Of a stretch of 64,000 bases of DNA, positions 39,659 to 53,679 are shown piece by piece. Origin of the DNA: Octopus sinensis (Eukaryota); assembly GCF_006345805.1 (NCBI RefSeq), contig NC_043005.1:87048001-87112000 (forward strand), in the 5' to 3' direction. The translations under genes were made by a program, and so were the position numbers. The notes below the pieces were generated by a model. That model saw only the letters and a list, made by a program, of their open reading frames with translations, was not told the origin of the DNA and did not search any database. Position 1 is the first letter of the stretch; each line of letters begins with the position of its first letter.

Positions 39659-40049
39659 ATATGTGTGTACGTACGATACATTAGATTCTATATTCATATA
39701 TTTCTTCCATAGACTCCACATCTCTGTTCATCTCATTCCCCCGACCTCTCTAATTTCTTCATCTCCACTTAGGTTAATTAAAGTAAAGCCTGGGAGTGCC
39801 ATGGATAATGTATGAAACTTCTGGTAATCAATATGTATATCAATGGACACAGGAAATGGAGGAAAAAAATACTTAAGAGATTTGTTAGAGTCTTCGAGAA
39901 TATATTTACGTCATATTGAGTTGGTAACGACTCACACAGGATATAGGACGAAAATTAGTTTTGTGTGTGCGACGCACATAGTGTTGCGTCTGCGTAGGTA
40001 CATCTGTCGTTCACTTCCTGTTGCAATCGGTGTGTATATGTGTGTGCAT

Positions 40050-40124
<75 letters not shown>

Positions 40125-40149
40125 CATATATATATATATATATATACGC

Positions 40150-41460
40150 ACACATACACACACACACCACACCTACATACATACATTACACTTGTATACA
40201 CACACACTTACATTCATACACACACACACCTACACAGCCATACCTCACTCAGACACACACATCTACCTACACACACACATACACACACAGACACACACCC
40301 ATACATACATACATCTACACACACACACGCACGTACACATACATACATACACACATACATAAACACACACACATACACATATACACACATACGCACACAC
40401 ACATATACTTATACACATGCACACACACTCACATACATACACCCATATACATACACACACACATACCCACATACTCCTATACGCACATACATACACACAT
40501 ACATACACACACACACATACACACACATACATACACACACATACATACACACACACACACATACACACGCACCTACATACACACACATGCATACACACAC
40601 ACATACACACACATACATACACACTCACACAAACATACACACACACACACACACACACACCTACACACCCACACACATACACACGCACCTACATACACAC
40701 ACATATACGCACATACATACACACAGACATACACACATACACACTCACACACATACACACACACATACACACACATATACGCACATACATATATACCCAC
40801 ACACATGCACACACACACACACATACACACACACACCTACACACCCACACACATACACACACATATACACACGCCCACACACCTACATACACACACATAC
40901 ATACACACACATACACGGACACACCCATACATACTTACATACATACACCTATACACACACGCCTACACACCTACATACACACACATGCATACACACACAC
41001 ATGTACGCACATACACACACATATACGCACATACATATATACCCACACACATGCACACACACACACATACGCACATGCATGCATGCATGCACACGCGCAC
41101 ACCTACACGCATACACACACACACACGCACGTACACATACATACATACACACACGCACACATACACCATACACATACATGCATCCTACACACACATACAT
41201 ACACACTCACACATACATACACACACACACTCACTCACACACCTGTATGTACGCGCACACACATGCACATACACACACTTCCCCACACCCACACGTACAT
41301 ACATACACACTCACACACATACACACACACACACACACACGGACATACATCTATGCACACACATACATACACACATACTCACATACATTCATCGGACACA
41401 CTGCCACCCAGACATACACACAGACACACTCACACATCCACACACATACATACTTACGCG
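40150..41460. repeat. 1.3-kb degenerate (CA)/(CATA)/(CACATA) microsatellite
   Basis: Direct; source of the 713-, 411- and 386-aa H/T/Y/I ORFs. Confidence 0.95.
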
Positions 41461-42372
41461 TATACTCGCAGGCGCGCGCACACACGCGCTTGCGCCGGTT
41501 CGTGCACGCATACGCGCCGCATGCACCTCGCTCTTGGACCCGACGAGACCTCCCGCCCGTTCCTGGGACCGTCGCGTGTCGTTGGGTTTCCCACGCCCCT
41601 CTCGCGGGACCACTCTTCCATCTTCCCCTCAGCTGGAGTCCTTTTTCCTTAACCCCCCCTTTTTCGTTACACACACGCGCACACATATACACACATTGCT
41701 TAAATATATACATTACTCTTACACACATTCAATCTACTCGCCATTAATACCACCACGACACTGGACACACACACACACTACTACTCAACACACGCTGGCA
41801 CGCTACATACGCCCCCACCCCTTCCCCTTCCTCCCTTCCTCCTTCCTTCTTTTTCTTACTACTGACCTACGCCCCACCCCTTCCCCTCCCGCCCTTCCTC
41901 CTTCCTTCTTTTTCTTACTACTGACCTTGTCTGCTAAGCTGACCATTGTCTCGCCCTACCTTACACGCCTACACACAGACGCACACACTAACACACACAT
42001 ATATTTTTTGGTTTTTTCATCTCGCCTCACACACACACTACACACACACGCACACCGCACACACTCACACATACACACACATCTGTTGCGTTACCAACCT
42101 TGTCTCCACTCTTTTGCCTTTAAAAACCCACTTTGCTCTTGGTATCGTAAACATCCGCCTTTCACCATATGCAACTCGTAAACACCAGTCGTCTTTTTCT
42201 CTTTCCATGTTGCCCGCTCTGGGATCTTTCTTTCCTCTCTCTTCCTTCTTTATGTTTCCGACGAAGAGCTCCGCTCGAAACGTCATACTCCCTGCTTCCA
42301 TTTCCTGAGCGCCTATTATAATAATACTGTAATTGTTCCATTGTTGTTGTTTTTTTTTTCCCCGTTTGGATT

Positions 42373-42380
<8 letters not shown>
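41460..42380 (+). mobile_element. Probable Penelope-like non-coding terminal region with HHR-like motif
   Basis: CpG-rich start, pyrimidine tracts, a ~58-bp internal tandem (41810-41928), and CCGACGA-A-GAGC-TCC-GCTC-GAAAC-GTC at 42258-42284. No RT or GIY-YIG seen. Confidence 0.45.
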
Positions 42381-42421
<41 letters not shown>

Positions 42422-42524
42422 TGTATAATATATATATATATATATTATATATATATGTATGTATGTATACACCTATATATAATGTAAAATATATGTGTGT
42501 GGATGTATGCATATATATATATAT

Positions 42525-42985
42525 CTCTCTGTCTCTCTTTATCTCTCTCTCCTGCAACCTGCTGCTTCTTAACCATTCTGTTGGCCATCGTATCTCGACC
42601 AACATGTGTCCCCGCTACCGAAACGGTAATTATTTCTACGCCAGCTGCTATGTTGTTGTTGTTTTTGTCTCATTTGGTCTAAAGTCGTATGACAACCACC
42701 GTTATATATATTTTGTTTATTCATTACTGTTTTCAATTTCGTTTTCGTCTCTTGTATTTACATCCGTCTTGTGCGTTTACATTCCTGTCTTCTACCAAGA
42801 AATCTAATGCTTACAGCTTAGTTTTTTTTTCTTGGGGCTGGCCGAGTTGGAGCAAATATCAGAATTGAACAGCCGAAATTTGCTATGATGATTCGGTGTC
42901 TGACTGAAGATTGAAGGCTTCGAATGATTTGTCTGTGTTCCGTGTTTGTCCCTTCCTGTATTTCACGTTCTTTATATATAAAACC
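42525..42985 (+). repeat. ~460-bp direct repeat, copy 1
   Basis: Nearly identical to 43250-43710. Confidence 0.95.
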
Positions 42986-43249
42986 TGTATTCTTATATTA
43001 CCGCGGCGTTACGCGCACTCCCCCCCCCCCGTTTGTTTATCCAATTTTAAACCCTGCACGACTTCTATATACTTCTCTTTCCTTCCCGCCATTGCTTCTT
43101 GACCAAACTATTTTGGCGCCCTTTTTTTCTTCCCCCCTCTTCCTCCCATCCTTTTCCCCTCTTCCTCCCATCCCCCTTAATCCCTTCTTTCTCATTTTCT
43201 CTTGGTCACTGATTCTGTCCCCTGCCTTCCACCCTCTTTGATTCCCTCT

Positions 43250-43710
43250 CTCTCTGTCTCTCTTTCTCTCTCTCTCCTGCAACCTGCTGCTTCTTAACCA
43301 TTCTGTTGGCCATCGTATCTCGACCAACATGTGTCCCCGCTACCGAAACGGTAATTATTTCTACGCCAGCTGCTATGTTGTTGTCGTTTTTGTCTCATTT
43401 GGTCTAAAGTCGTATGACAACCACCGTTATATATATTTTGTTTATTCATTACTGTTTTCAATTTCGTTTTCGTCTCTTGTATTTACATCCGTCTTGTGCG
43501 TTTACATTCCTGTCTTCTACCAAGAAATCTAATGCTTACAGCTTAGTTTTTTTTTCTTGGGGCTGGCCGAGTTGGAGCAAATATGAGAATTGAACAGCCG
43601 AAATTTGCTATGATGATTCGGTGTCTGACTGAAGATTGAAGGCTTCGAATGATTTGTCTGTGTTCCGTGGTCGTCCCTTCCTGTATTTCACGTTCATTAT
43701 ATATAAAAAC
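43250..43710 (+). repeat. ~460-bp direct repeat, copy 2
   Basis: Nearly identical to 42525-42985; ~265-bp spacer. Confidence 0.95.
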
Positions 43711-43721
43711 ATTTCTTCTTA

Positions 43722-43777
<56 letters not shown>

Positions 43778-44916
43778 ATATATATATGTATATGTATATG
43801 TGCGTGTATGTGTATGTGTATACATAGATTGCTATATACGTGATATTCTTACGTACTTTCATGTATGTATACTTATTGGCAATTGTATCAGTTTCGCCTC
43901 CCTTTCTTTCTCTCTCGCTTTACATACAAACACGCATGTGCACATGTGTATGTATATATTAACGTGTACGCAAATGCATTTATGCGGACATACTTATTCA
44001 TGTATGTGTGTATATGTATATATGTATAAATGCATACGTAACTACTTATATGTGTGTATATTTATATATACATAAATACACACATACATATATCTATATA
44101 TACACACATCAATCTGCATACATGTAAATAGATATTGATAGATATTTGCATGCATATTGATCCTTGGAATATGGAATTTGTGATGACTCTTATAATACCA
44201 TAATCACGCACGACAATTACCACGAAAGCATTTTCTCTGTTCTACATGGATGTTGCAGCTCTGTATGAAATCTGGTCATAAGCGGAAGGAAATTTTCTAA
44301 TGCGATATTCTTGGTAGAGCTTCTCTCTTTTTTTAGGTTTGTCTCGGAGAAAGAGCAGGAATGAGATGCTACTAAATGATTTTGTTTGTTGTGGGAGAAT
44401 ACCAGGATTTTTCGAATGTTGCATTAACAACAATTTCCATCGATGACTGGCTTACGATATCCCATTTACATTTACATCGAGACAAACTGGTTAGTGTCAT
44501 CTTCGATTGTACGTTCCGGCCTTTCAAGCCGACAATGATGTGAAAAAAATTGTCCGGTAGCTGAGTAGCATACACCATTTCGGAAATATTAACAAAATGC
44601 ATGCATCTACATTTAGAATATTGCAAAACAAGAGTTGGATTATACAATCATTTATGGGAAAACATTTGTAAAGAATTCGTTGAGACACTAGCCCTTCATC
44701 GGTTACAAGTAGTGATCCAGTTGATCCGATCAACGAAAAATTTTGCTCGTGAAATTAACTCACAAGTGAATGAACATTCCACAGACACGCGTATCTTTAA
44801 CGTAGTTCTCAGGCAGATTCGGCGTAATACAGAATGGCACGGCTGGCCCTTTGAGATACAGTTACAACTCATTTTTGCCAGCTAGGCGGAATAGAAAAAT
44901 GGGAAATAAAGAATCT

Positions 44917-45007
44917 TTCTCAAGGGCACGACTTGCCATCCGCAATCGAACAAACAACCTAACAACCGTGTGCGTAATATCCTAACCACTAAGCCATGCG
45001 CCTTCAC
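44917..45007 (-). mobile_element. tRNA-like SINE head fragment
   Basis: Minus strand GTGAAGGCGCATGGCTTAGTGGTTAGG...GTTCGATTGC...CGTGCCCTTGAG. Confidence 0.65.
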
Positions 45008-45246
45008 TCGCAAGGCACCCATTGTCCAAGATAAAAAAAAAAATATATGCCCCGGTCAAGTGAAAAGAGAGAGCAAAGTAATCAAAAGTTAGCCTCTGGG
45101 AAATATCGAAGTACCAAGTCATTAAGATCTCGTAAATTATCGGGAAATTCAGATCTGGAAGACACTACATCAAAGGCAGGTTTTTCTTATTTTTGTAGTT
45201 TCAGTTCCGAGCTACGGCCATGCTGGTGCACCGCCGTTATGAACAA

Positions 45247-45287
45247 CCTCAATCGATTTTCGAACCTTATTAAGTTCTCATCAGAGG
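45247..45287 (-). ncRNA. Minimal HHR motif with non-cleavable G17
   Basis: CCT-CTGATGA-GAAC-TTAATAAG-GTTC-GAAA-ATCGAT-TG-AGG. Confidence 0.65.
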
Positions 45288-45611
45288 CGTCTACATCATT
45301 CTGAAAATCTACAATGACACTCTTAATAAAGAAAACAAAAAACTCATTATTTCAGCATCCACACAGACAAAAGTACGTTTGTGCAATAAAAGAAGCGACA
45401 AGATTGGTTTGACCGCATCACCTATAACATCAGATACTTAAATCATCAGGTACCTATAACATCAGACAGCTCATTCATAAAATAGTAAATGTGTTGCCGA
45501 GTATGAATGGTAAATCTTCTAGCTGCAGGCAATCCATACAGAACAACAATACAAGTATACTTGACCATAGCTGGAACATTTTTATCCCTGCTGAATTAGG
45601 ACTCACCTACA

Positions 45612-45870
45612 TTTTCATTTTTTTTTCATTTCATTTCATCTAGTTTCAGCTCACGAGCTGTGGCCATGCTGGGGCACCGCCATTCGGTGTTGCTACATGA
45701 TTTTACTTCACGAATGCTTTTTAGCAATTGACATTTGGTGCATGAGAGAGTTTGATGCAGCTGCCCTCATTTGCATCTCCTGCCGTGAAGTTGGGTCATC
45801 TGGGACACCTGACAGGAAGAGATCCATTTTAAAGACATCTGCATCCACCCCATGCAGGTCTCTCAGAAAT
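45612..45870 (-). mobile_element. CR1-like LINE 3' end
   Basis: LRDLHGVDADVFK.DLFLSGVPDDP resembles CR1-group ORF2 C-termini; (ATGAA)n-type tail. Confidence 0.6.
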
Positions 45871-45964
45871 GTCTTCAGAAATCTCTTCAGAAATGTCACG
45901 CATCATCCAGAAAGATGTAAAAATTTGATTATATCCTAAAAGATATGAAATAAAGAAAAAGCCA

Positions 45965-46325
45965 AGCTTAAGACAATACTGCTATTGCTGTAATGAAACT
46001 ACTTCTCAAAGATATAGGACTACTTTTCGAAATCCTAATCGTATGGGTAATATAGCCGAGCTTTTAAAAAATTGAAGCAGTTATCTTCAGCTTTAAGAAA
46101 GATGTGCAACATCTTGTGGAAAATATTAGGGAATGTCATGTTTTTTTTTTAGCGCCGAAAAATATTTCCAACAATCCTTGTAACTAGTGTCTCTTGCAGA
46201 TATGGTCCTTAACGCGCCTCAATACGGTTTACATGCCGGGAGCAGGATCGACATTGTTTTCTGTGCAAGAAAACTGCAAAATAACAGAAAAAGGACTTCA
46301 GAATCACTATTACTTCATTTACGCT
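45965..46325 (+). pseudogene. Heavily decayed RTE-like RT fragment
   Basis: VLNAPQYGLHAGSRIDIVFCARKLQ resembles the RTE motif LPESQCGFRxxRSTxDMIFxARQLQ. Confidence 0.55.
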
Positions 46326-46466
46326 TTGTAACACGCATTTGGTGTCACGCCATAAGCTCGAAAATAAATTAATCTACACCCCACACACAAACATGTACAC
46401 ACATGCACACATACACGCACACAAATATGCACACGCATGCACACACACATGTATGCATGTATATAT

Positions 46467-46516
<50 letters not shown>

Positions 46517-48267
46517 ATATATATATTCACATATATATATATACATATATGCATGAATGTAAGTAGGCATGTATGTATGCATGCATGCTTGCATGTATGT
46601 ATGTATATATGTATCTATGTATGTATGCGTATATGTATGGGCAAATTTGAGTACACCCGGAAGAAAAGATTACTGACTGCTAAATACAAGATGTACAGCT
46701 TATTGATAATTGCAATCTTTAACTCTATTGTTACTGAGAGATTTATGCATTTAATACCTACATTGGCTGTCAGGTGAATAAAGGAAGCCATATTTCCGCC
46801 CCGGTCTTGTTACGTCACTTATCACAATAAATGGGAAGCGAAAAATCACGTTATCATTTCTTAGGCTTCTATGCTATCAAGTAAAGCACCTTTTCTAGTT
46901 ACTTCCAGGATTTTAAACATTCTATTTGAAGTCTATTTGCCAATTATTTGCAGAAGGCTGAGAGAACCACTGATATTTCCTCTTCAGCGTATGCGCGTTG
47001 TTATAATATATATTTCTGCTATGTATGAGAATGCAACTGTCGTTCACTTATACAAGCATTTCAATATTCAGCCATTTACAATTAGGAATCTAGTATTAAA
47101 GAGTATTCATTAAATATCATCTGAGTAATAACATTTTAGCGTGCTTTCAAAGCTCCTCCATGGGTATCGGTTACCATATGCTATTGCTATCATACAGCAA
47201 TAATGCTACTGTTCATTCAAACTTCTTGTATTATAATATTTTAAGAGTATTTATTTGTTTCTCTAAAATATCCTCGCACGTGAATGATTTCTACTTTTTT
47301 GCCTTATTTTATAAGAATGCACAAGATAATCTTGGATTTCGCGGTATATTTTTCATACAAATAAAATATTTCTACAATTCTAATTATTTAAATTTATGGA
47401 GGAAATCATGGTCAACACCATTTAAACGAATTTAGTCACTGACATTGTCGGGAACTTTCTAACTTTATTCAAATGTTTCCCACCGTCACAAGAGGCCTAA
47501 AATTAATAAAGAAAAATTATAACTGCTTGGTTGATGTCACTTTACATAGAAAGCTACAGAATAATATCACTTTACACACAAAGCTAAAATCACATGCCTA
47601 AACATCCTTGCATCACGCATTGCCAGTGTTTTATTGTATAAATCTCCCACCTTGCTCATTGACACAGCAGTGCATTTCTAAAGCCGTAACAGAGAGAGCT
47701 TATGATAAAGTTTTCAAAGTAACTGAATAGGATTCATCGTTGAACCCATTCGAAATCGCTATTACCGCCTTAGAAGTACTTCCAAGACAAAGAATAAGCT
47801 GCGTCTAACAGTTGTCCGAATTCCGGTGGAAATTGATGGACATTAAATCGAAATGGATCTGATTACAGAGCGTGACTTGACAAAGCTCCACTGGATCCTG
47901 ATGTGCATCTATGCATATCCTGATGTAATACTCGCTACGGCATGGATTTATAAATGTATTAATGGATCCCGATGGTGTGGACTAAGCTTAACGGAAAAAT
48001 TCCACATATAAAATGATCAAACAATACAAACTTAACTGCTATAGGTTATTGATCATCGAAGAATTGCATTTTGGATCAGCTTCCGTACATCGGAAACTCG
48101 AAGGCAGATTCGGCAAACAATACAGTTAATCTGCAAATTTATTATGACCAGATATATTGAGAGAGTTCCTTCCCTTGTGCTTTAGAGCGCTATGTGCTTG
48201 AAACTCACATTCATACGTGCATATGCACACACAGTTACATCATTGAGCATATATATATTATATAATA

Positions 48268-48313
<46 letters not shown>

Positions 48314-48423
48314 ATATTATATATATATATAATATATATATATATATTATATATATATACATATATAATATATATAATATATTTTTATCTATATATATAT
48401 ATATATACTTATTATATTATATT

Positions 48424-48473
<50 letters not shown>

Positions 48474-48894
48474 TATATATATAATATATCTATATATATA
48501 TATTCATATATATATATATACATATATAGGAGAGGAAAAATTATAATAATGCAGAATGCTATATTGAAAGTAAATTTTAATAAAAATGGGTGTATGAAAA
48601 ATTTAAAAAAAGAATAAAAATAAATCAAACCAGCCTTCATTGCAAAAGGAAAGTTTCGAGATTTGGAAGGAGAAAATGTTTTTTTAATTAAGGAAGGGAA
48701 AAAAAAAGAAAATTACAATGTTTTGTTCAAAAAATAATAATACATGTATACAAAAATTAATAAATAAGCATACCAATACATTGTAGAGTCTTTGGAAGAT
48801 TAGGATGCGTGTGTTTAAATGTAGTGTTACTTTATATATAATATATTATAATACATATATATGTATATACATGTATGTTATATATATACATACT

Positions 48895-48952
<58 letters not shown>

Positions 48953-49350
48953 GTAAGTATGTATATATATTACATTACATGTATATACATATATATATGT
49001 ATGTATATATATGGGGGATGTATACATATGTTGTTTCTCTTGATCTCCAGGACTCAGGGGAATATTTATCAAGTTTCCATGGCATATGAATGACCGAAAT
49101 TAGAACATCAACAATACAATGGACGCTGGACCGTTCAACACTTCAAAACCAGAAATTTTAGTTGGAAGTAGACACGTCCATCACACGATTCCGGGGCTTG
49201 GCTAGTAGTTTTGGAAAGATAAACTTGACAACGGTTATATTTCAGCTCAGAACGTAAAGGGCCCGGGGAAATGCCGTGGAGTCCTCTGTCCGACGGGTTG
49301 AGGACTCAGCATTCTCATCTCATACATAAATACATACATATATATATATA

Positions 49351-49393
<43 letters not shown>

Positions 49394-49598
49394 ATATGTA
49401 TATAGGAAGATAGATAGATATATAGAGACAGAGGGGGAGAGAAATAAACATTACACACGCAAACACACACACAAAGACACACACACATATATATACAGAT
49501 AGATAGATAGATAAATAGATAGATAGATAGATAGATAGATAGGTAGGTAGGTAGGTAGGTAGGTAGGTAGGTAGGTAGACAGACAGACAGACAGACAT

Positions 49599-49629
<31 letters not shown>

Positions 49630-52600
49630 TGTTTCTTTATTAGCCACACAGGGCTGCACACAGATAGAACAAATTACAAGGTAGAGCTTTTCTTTTGAAG
49701 GTTTTAAAAAAAAAAAAGGAAGGGGGAGTTTCGATCAAAAGGGATCGTAAAAGGAGAGAAAGAGGACAAAAAAAAGGGGGGTTAAAAAAAAGGGGGAGAG
49801 GAAAAAAAAAATTGATCAATAGGGATCGTTATCACAGAAATGTCAATATGAAGTGTAAAGGGGAGGACAGGTGAGGTTTACCCGTGGAAAGAAAAGCCTA
49901 CGGAAAAGACCACGGAACCTCGGTCAATGAAGTCACATTTTATATTTCTTTTTTTTTTTTTTTTTTTTGCAAATAAGAAACTCTGTTTTCGATTTCTGGG
50001 TTCATAGGACTATGCTCAAGGTGGCTCGTCATTCATACGTGCATTCTTGCTACATTCACCCATCTTTTTTTAAAACATTCGCTAGACAAAACTTGCCTCT
50101 CTACTCTCACTTTCCTTTCAAGTGGTACTTGAAGAAGTTGATGAGAGATTGACCAGAGAGGAAAGTGTTTGTCTCCAATCCTTTCAGACGCGTCCACCAG
50201 ATACATTCTTTCGCCATAGCCACAAGGATGATGAAAATAGCTCTTCCTTCCCGTTTGAAAGGAGGCGGTGACAATATTGACGATAGACTCAGCTGATAAA
50301 CCGACTCGTCCCACACGTGACAGCAGATGTTCGACATAAGCCCACAGGTCGGAAATTGTTGGACACTGAACGAGTGCGTGCAGAACGGTTTCGTCGCTCT
50401 GACCGCATCTCGGGCAGGTCGGCCCGGTTTCTCGAGCCGTGTCTGTAGAGCTTATCCTGAACGGGTAGCGCTTCTCGGTAGCACTGCCAGGCCAAGGATC
50501 TCTGGAAGTTGTCCATGGGCCCTGGCACGAAAGTCGTCCTGAACAGGCGGGTCAGGTACTCCTCGTCGACGTCCAGGTTCGCCCCGAGCTCGTCGTCGTA
50601 CCTCCCCTCCACTAAAACCCTATAGAATGCTTTGGTTGTGTTGAAGTCACTTAAGGTCGACCCAGGACGGCAGAGTTGCTTGAAAGCAACGCGACACTCG
50701 CGGTGCCATTCGCCCTTCTCGGCCTCTTTTTGATCCACAACTGCAGTTCGGTCATGGAGACGAGCTGCGGGAAAGCGTGCCTCACAAACGGCGACCCACA
50801 CTGTTCACGTCGTCTACATAGAGCCAGAGATGTCGCAATCTCAGCGCGTGTCTGCGCATCATCAACCACGGCATGCCCAGCCCTCCTTTTAACGGGTGTT
50901 GACAGCAAATGGATCGCCTGACCATCGGGACGCATCCTTTCCACAAGAAGCGAAAGAGGATGCGTTGTAGTTTGGTGATGGTAGGGTCGGGACAAGGTAC
51001 GACGGTCAGGCGGTAGTAGATGACGGACGCGATGTACGTGTTCGCCACCTCGCTCCGCTCGACCTTTTAGGGACAGTTTCCTCTCGGCCCATTGACGGGC
51101 GAGAGTGACCACCCTACTCGTTATCTCGTTCCAGTTCTTCTCCACTTGGAGGTCCGGACCAAACCAGACCCCGAGCAACTCAACCGGGCCGTCGGTCCAG
51201 CGTCCCACGACGGAGGCGCTGGTGGACGGCATGGGCTTGCTTCTCCAGGTGCCTAGTCGCAAGCCCACTGACTTTTCCCGGTTGATTTTCGCTCCTGTCA
51301 CCGCTTCGTAGTTTTTCAGTGTCTCGCCGACCAGCTCGGTGTGCGCGTGGCTAGACACTATGACGGTGACGTCGTCCGCGTATGCAGACACGCTCGTCCC
51401 GCATCCCAATTCTCGCGGGATGCCCCTTAGAGTCGCCAGCTTCCGCAGTAGTGGCTCAAGAGTCAATACGTATAGAAGCGCCGAGAGGGGGCATCCCTGA
51501 CGGACCGAACGTGCAATGTCGAAAGGTCTCGATAGATGTCCATTTACGCGACTTACCGATCGGATGCCTCTGTACAAGGCAGCTATCCAGCCCCGGAAGA
51601 CGGGACCGAAACCAGCCGCTCTCAGGACTGCCTCCAAGTATCGATGGTCTACCCTATCAAAGGCTTTCGATTGATCCAAGTTGATCAGGGCCCCACCCAT
51701 GCCAGGTTCGTTAACTACCCTGTCTATGATGTAGCGCATCAGATGGAGGTTGTCATGGATGGTCCGGCCTGGCACGGCGCATGTTTGCGCCTTGTCGACC
51801 AGTTTCTCGATGACAAGCGCCAACCTCTTGGCTAGCACCTTGGCCAAAATTTTCAAGTCTGCATTAAGCAGAGTGATGGGCCTAAAGTTATCTATTACAT
51901 TTCCCTTGTTTAGATCTTTCTTCAGCAGTGTTACGGCTCCTCGGCTCACAAAACCAGGAATGCTCCCGTTTTGCGCCAGTTGCAGTACACCGCCGCCAAG
52001 AGATCTCCAAACAAGTCTGGCATACAATTGTAAAGCTCGTAGGGTAGACCATCCAAACCCGGTGATTTGTCCCTCGAGCATTCTGCCATCGCTTCCGCAC
52101 TTCCGCCGCCGTGATGGCACCTTCGCAGCACCCTGCCTTTCTTGTCGAGAGTCGTAGTAGGCTATGTAGGTAGGCACTGAAGTCCACCCTACGTTCTTGC
52201 CCTCCACTCGTTCCGAACAGTCGGGCAAAATGCTGCTGAAAGGCCTCACACATTTTACTTGGCTCGAGCAATTCGCGCCCCTGTTCATCTACCAGTGACC
52301 GAATGGTGGCTTTGTTGCCCTGTTGCGCCTCTGCCACCCGGGCCTCTCTCGCGGCTCCAACACCTTTGTTTCTTAGAGCACGCATCCTAGCTCTGACAGC
52401 ACATCCTTCGTGTTTGGCGTTGAAGTGTTGGTCGAGGGCCAACCTCGCCGCCAAAACGTCGGATGCGATGCCGCTTCTAATTGCCTCTTCTAGCTTCTTA
52501 ACTAGCTCACCCTCTACTCTATTTCTATCTATTGCTAGTGCTTTGCTGTACCTAATCGCTTCTGCTTTTACTGCTCTCTTGAGGGCAAACCACCATTTGT

Positions 52601-53147
52601 TGTTGATGATGGCTCCCGTCAAAGCCCTCTTTACTAGTGTGCTAATCCGGTCTCTGAAAACTTGTTTCGATGGGAAAGACGCGTTTAGTTTCCAGTATCC
52701 GGGACCCTGCCTAAGTGTCTTACCTAAGTCTAGCGTACATGTCACAAGTTTGTGATCCGTGTAGCTGACTATGTGGAATTGTGGACATCCTATGCTATCT
52801 CTATCTACTGTCCTACACAGTATCCTATCTAGATACGATCTCGACGACCCGATGCGGTTGCTCCATGTCCACGTTGGCGCATTCGGGTGGTCTAGTCGAA
52901 CCTGTCAGACAGTTGAAAGCGCCTGAGCAGGTCTCTGAGGCATTTGCATCCCCGTCTATTCCTATCTCTACCCACGTAGTCTACATGCGTGTTCAAGGTA
53001 GCATTCCAATCCCCACTAAGAGTAAAGACGAGACGTTCCAAAAACTTCTAGACGTTGAAGAAATCCGCCCGACCTGTTAAGGGCGGTGCGTAAACTGATA
53101 CGAGTCGAAAAGCGCACCCATTGCTGCCGTCGACATCCAGGACGACC
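49630..53147 (-). mobile_element. 5'-truncated L1/Tx1-type LINE
   Basis: APE C-half (VSVYAP, VGDWNA, YLDRIL, TDHK, GPGYWKLN), RT (FRPITLLNADLKILAKVLA, LDQSKAFDRVDH, RQGCPLS, YADD), CPRC..ETVLHALVQC knuckle, ~400-bp 3' UTR ending in AATAAAGAAA. Confidence 0.93.
50033..53147 (-). pseudogene. ORF2 (APE-RT-CCHC) of L1/Tx1-type LINE, frameshifted
   Basis: Split over track ORFs 51888-52745, 50651-52288, 50782-51048, 50289-50801, 50107-50337 and 50033-50314. Confidence 0.9.

Positions 53148-53232
<85 letters not shown>
53148..53232. repeat. (GATA)n array at the LINE 5' junction
   Basis: Direct; same strand orientation as the GATA/GGTA/GACA array at 49497-49629. Confidence 0.95.
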
Positions 53233-53638
53233 ATAGTATATATATATTGCTAGGTTTATTGGTTTCTCTTGATTAAGCCAAAGCTGTTTAATTTGCTCCC
53301 AGGAGTTGACGCTATTCACTCAACTCTCGATATGATAAGGAAACTGGCAACTTCAGATGTGTTCCATACTCTGCTAGGTGACGCTGAGAACTACAGAACA
53401 ATATCAATGTTAGCCGAATGTAATTTAATCTATAAAGGATCTTTGTGTTATATCAAACAGTGGTGGTTCTGTTTCAGAAATATCAAATGTTCGGATCAGT
53501 TTTCGCTGTTACAAAGCAAAAATTGATTCGTTAAATATGGCTCATACTTTTTATCTCACTCTCTGACTCGCTCTCTCTCTGTTTTCCTGTCTCTCTCTCT
53601 CTTTTCAGTCCCTTTCGATCCATATATATGTGTGCGTG

Positions 53639-53679
<41 letters not shown>

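Noticed and set aside
40040-42181. 713-aa ORF and overlapping 411- and 386-aa ORFs
   Set aside because: Translation of CA/TA microsatellite (H/T/Y/I only); no domain content.
42525-43710. LTR retrotransposon or TRIM
   Set aside because: The repeats lack TG...CA termini; no PBS, PPT or TSD found.
46870-47120. Possible minus-strand RTE RT fragment (NDSCILIHS)
   Set aside because: Only a vague echo of YADD; cannot be supported without a search.
47760-48130. Possible Gypsy protease remnant (IPVEIDGH.IEMDLIT)
   Set aside because: No intact DTG motif, many stops; the similarity is too weak to support.
49947-49968. Poly(T) run as the LINE poly(A) tail
   Set aside because: Element-like sequence continues to 49630, where AATAAA lies and where the paralogous 3' end (11528) and SINE tail align; the run is internal to the 3' UTR.
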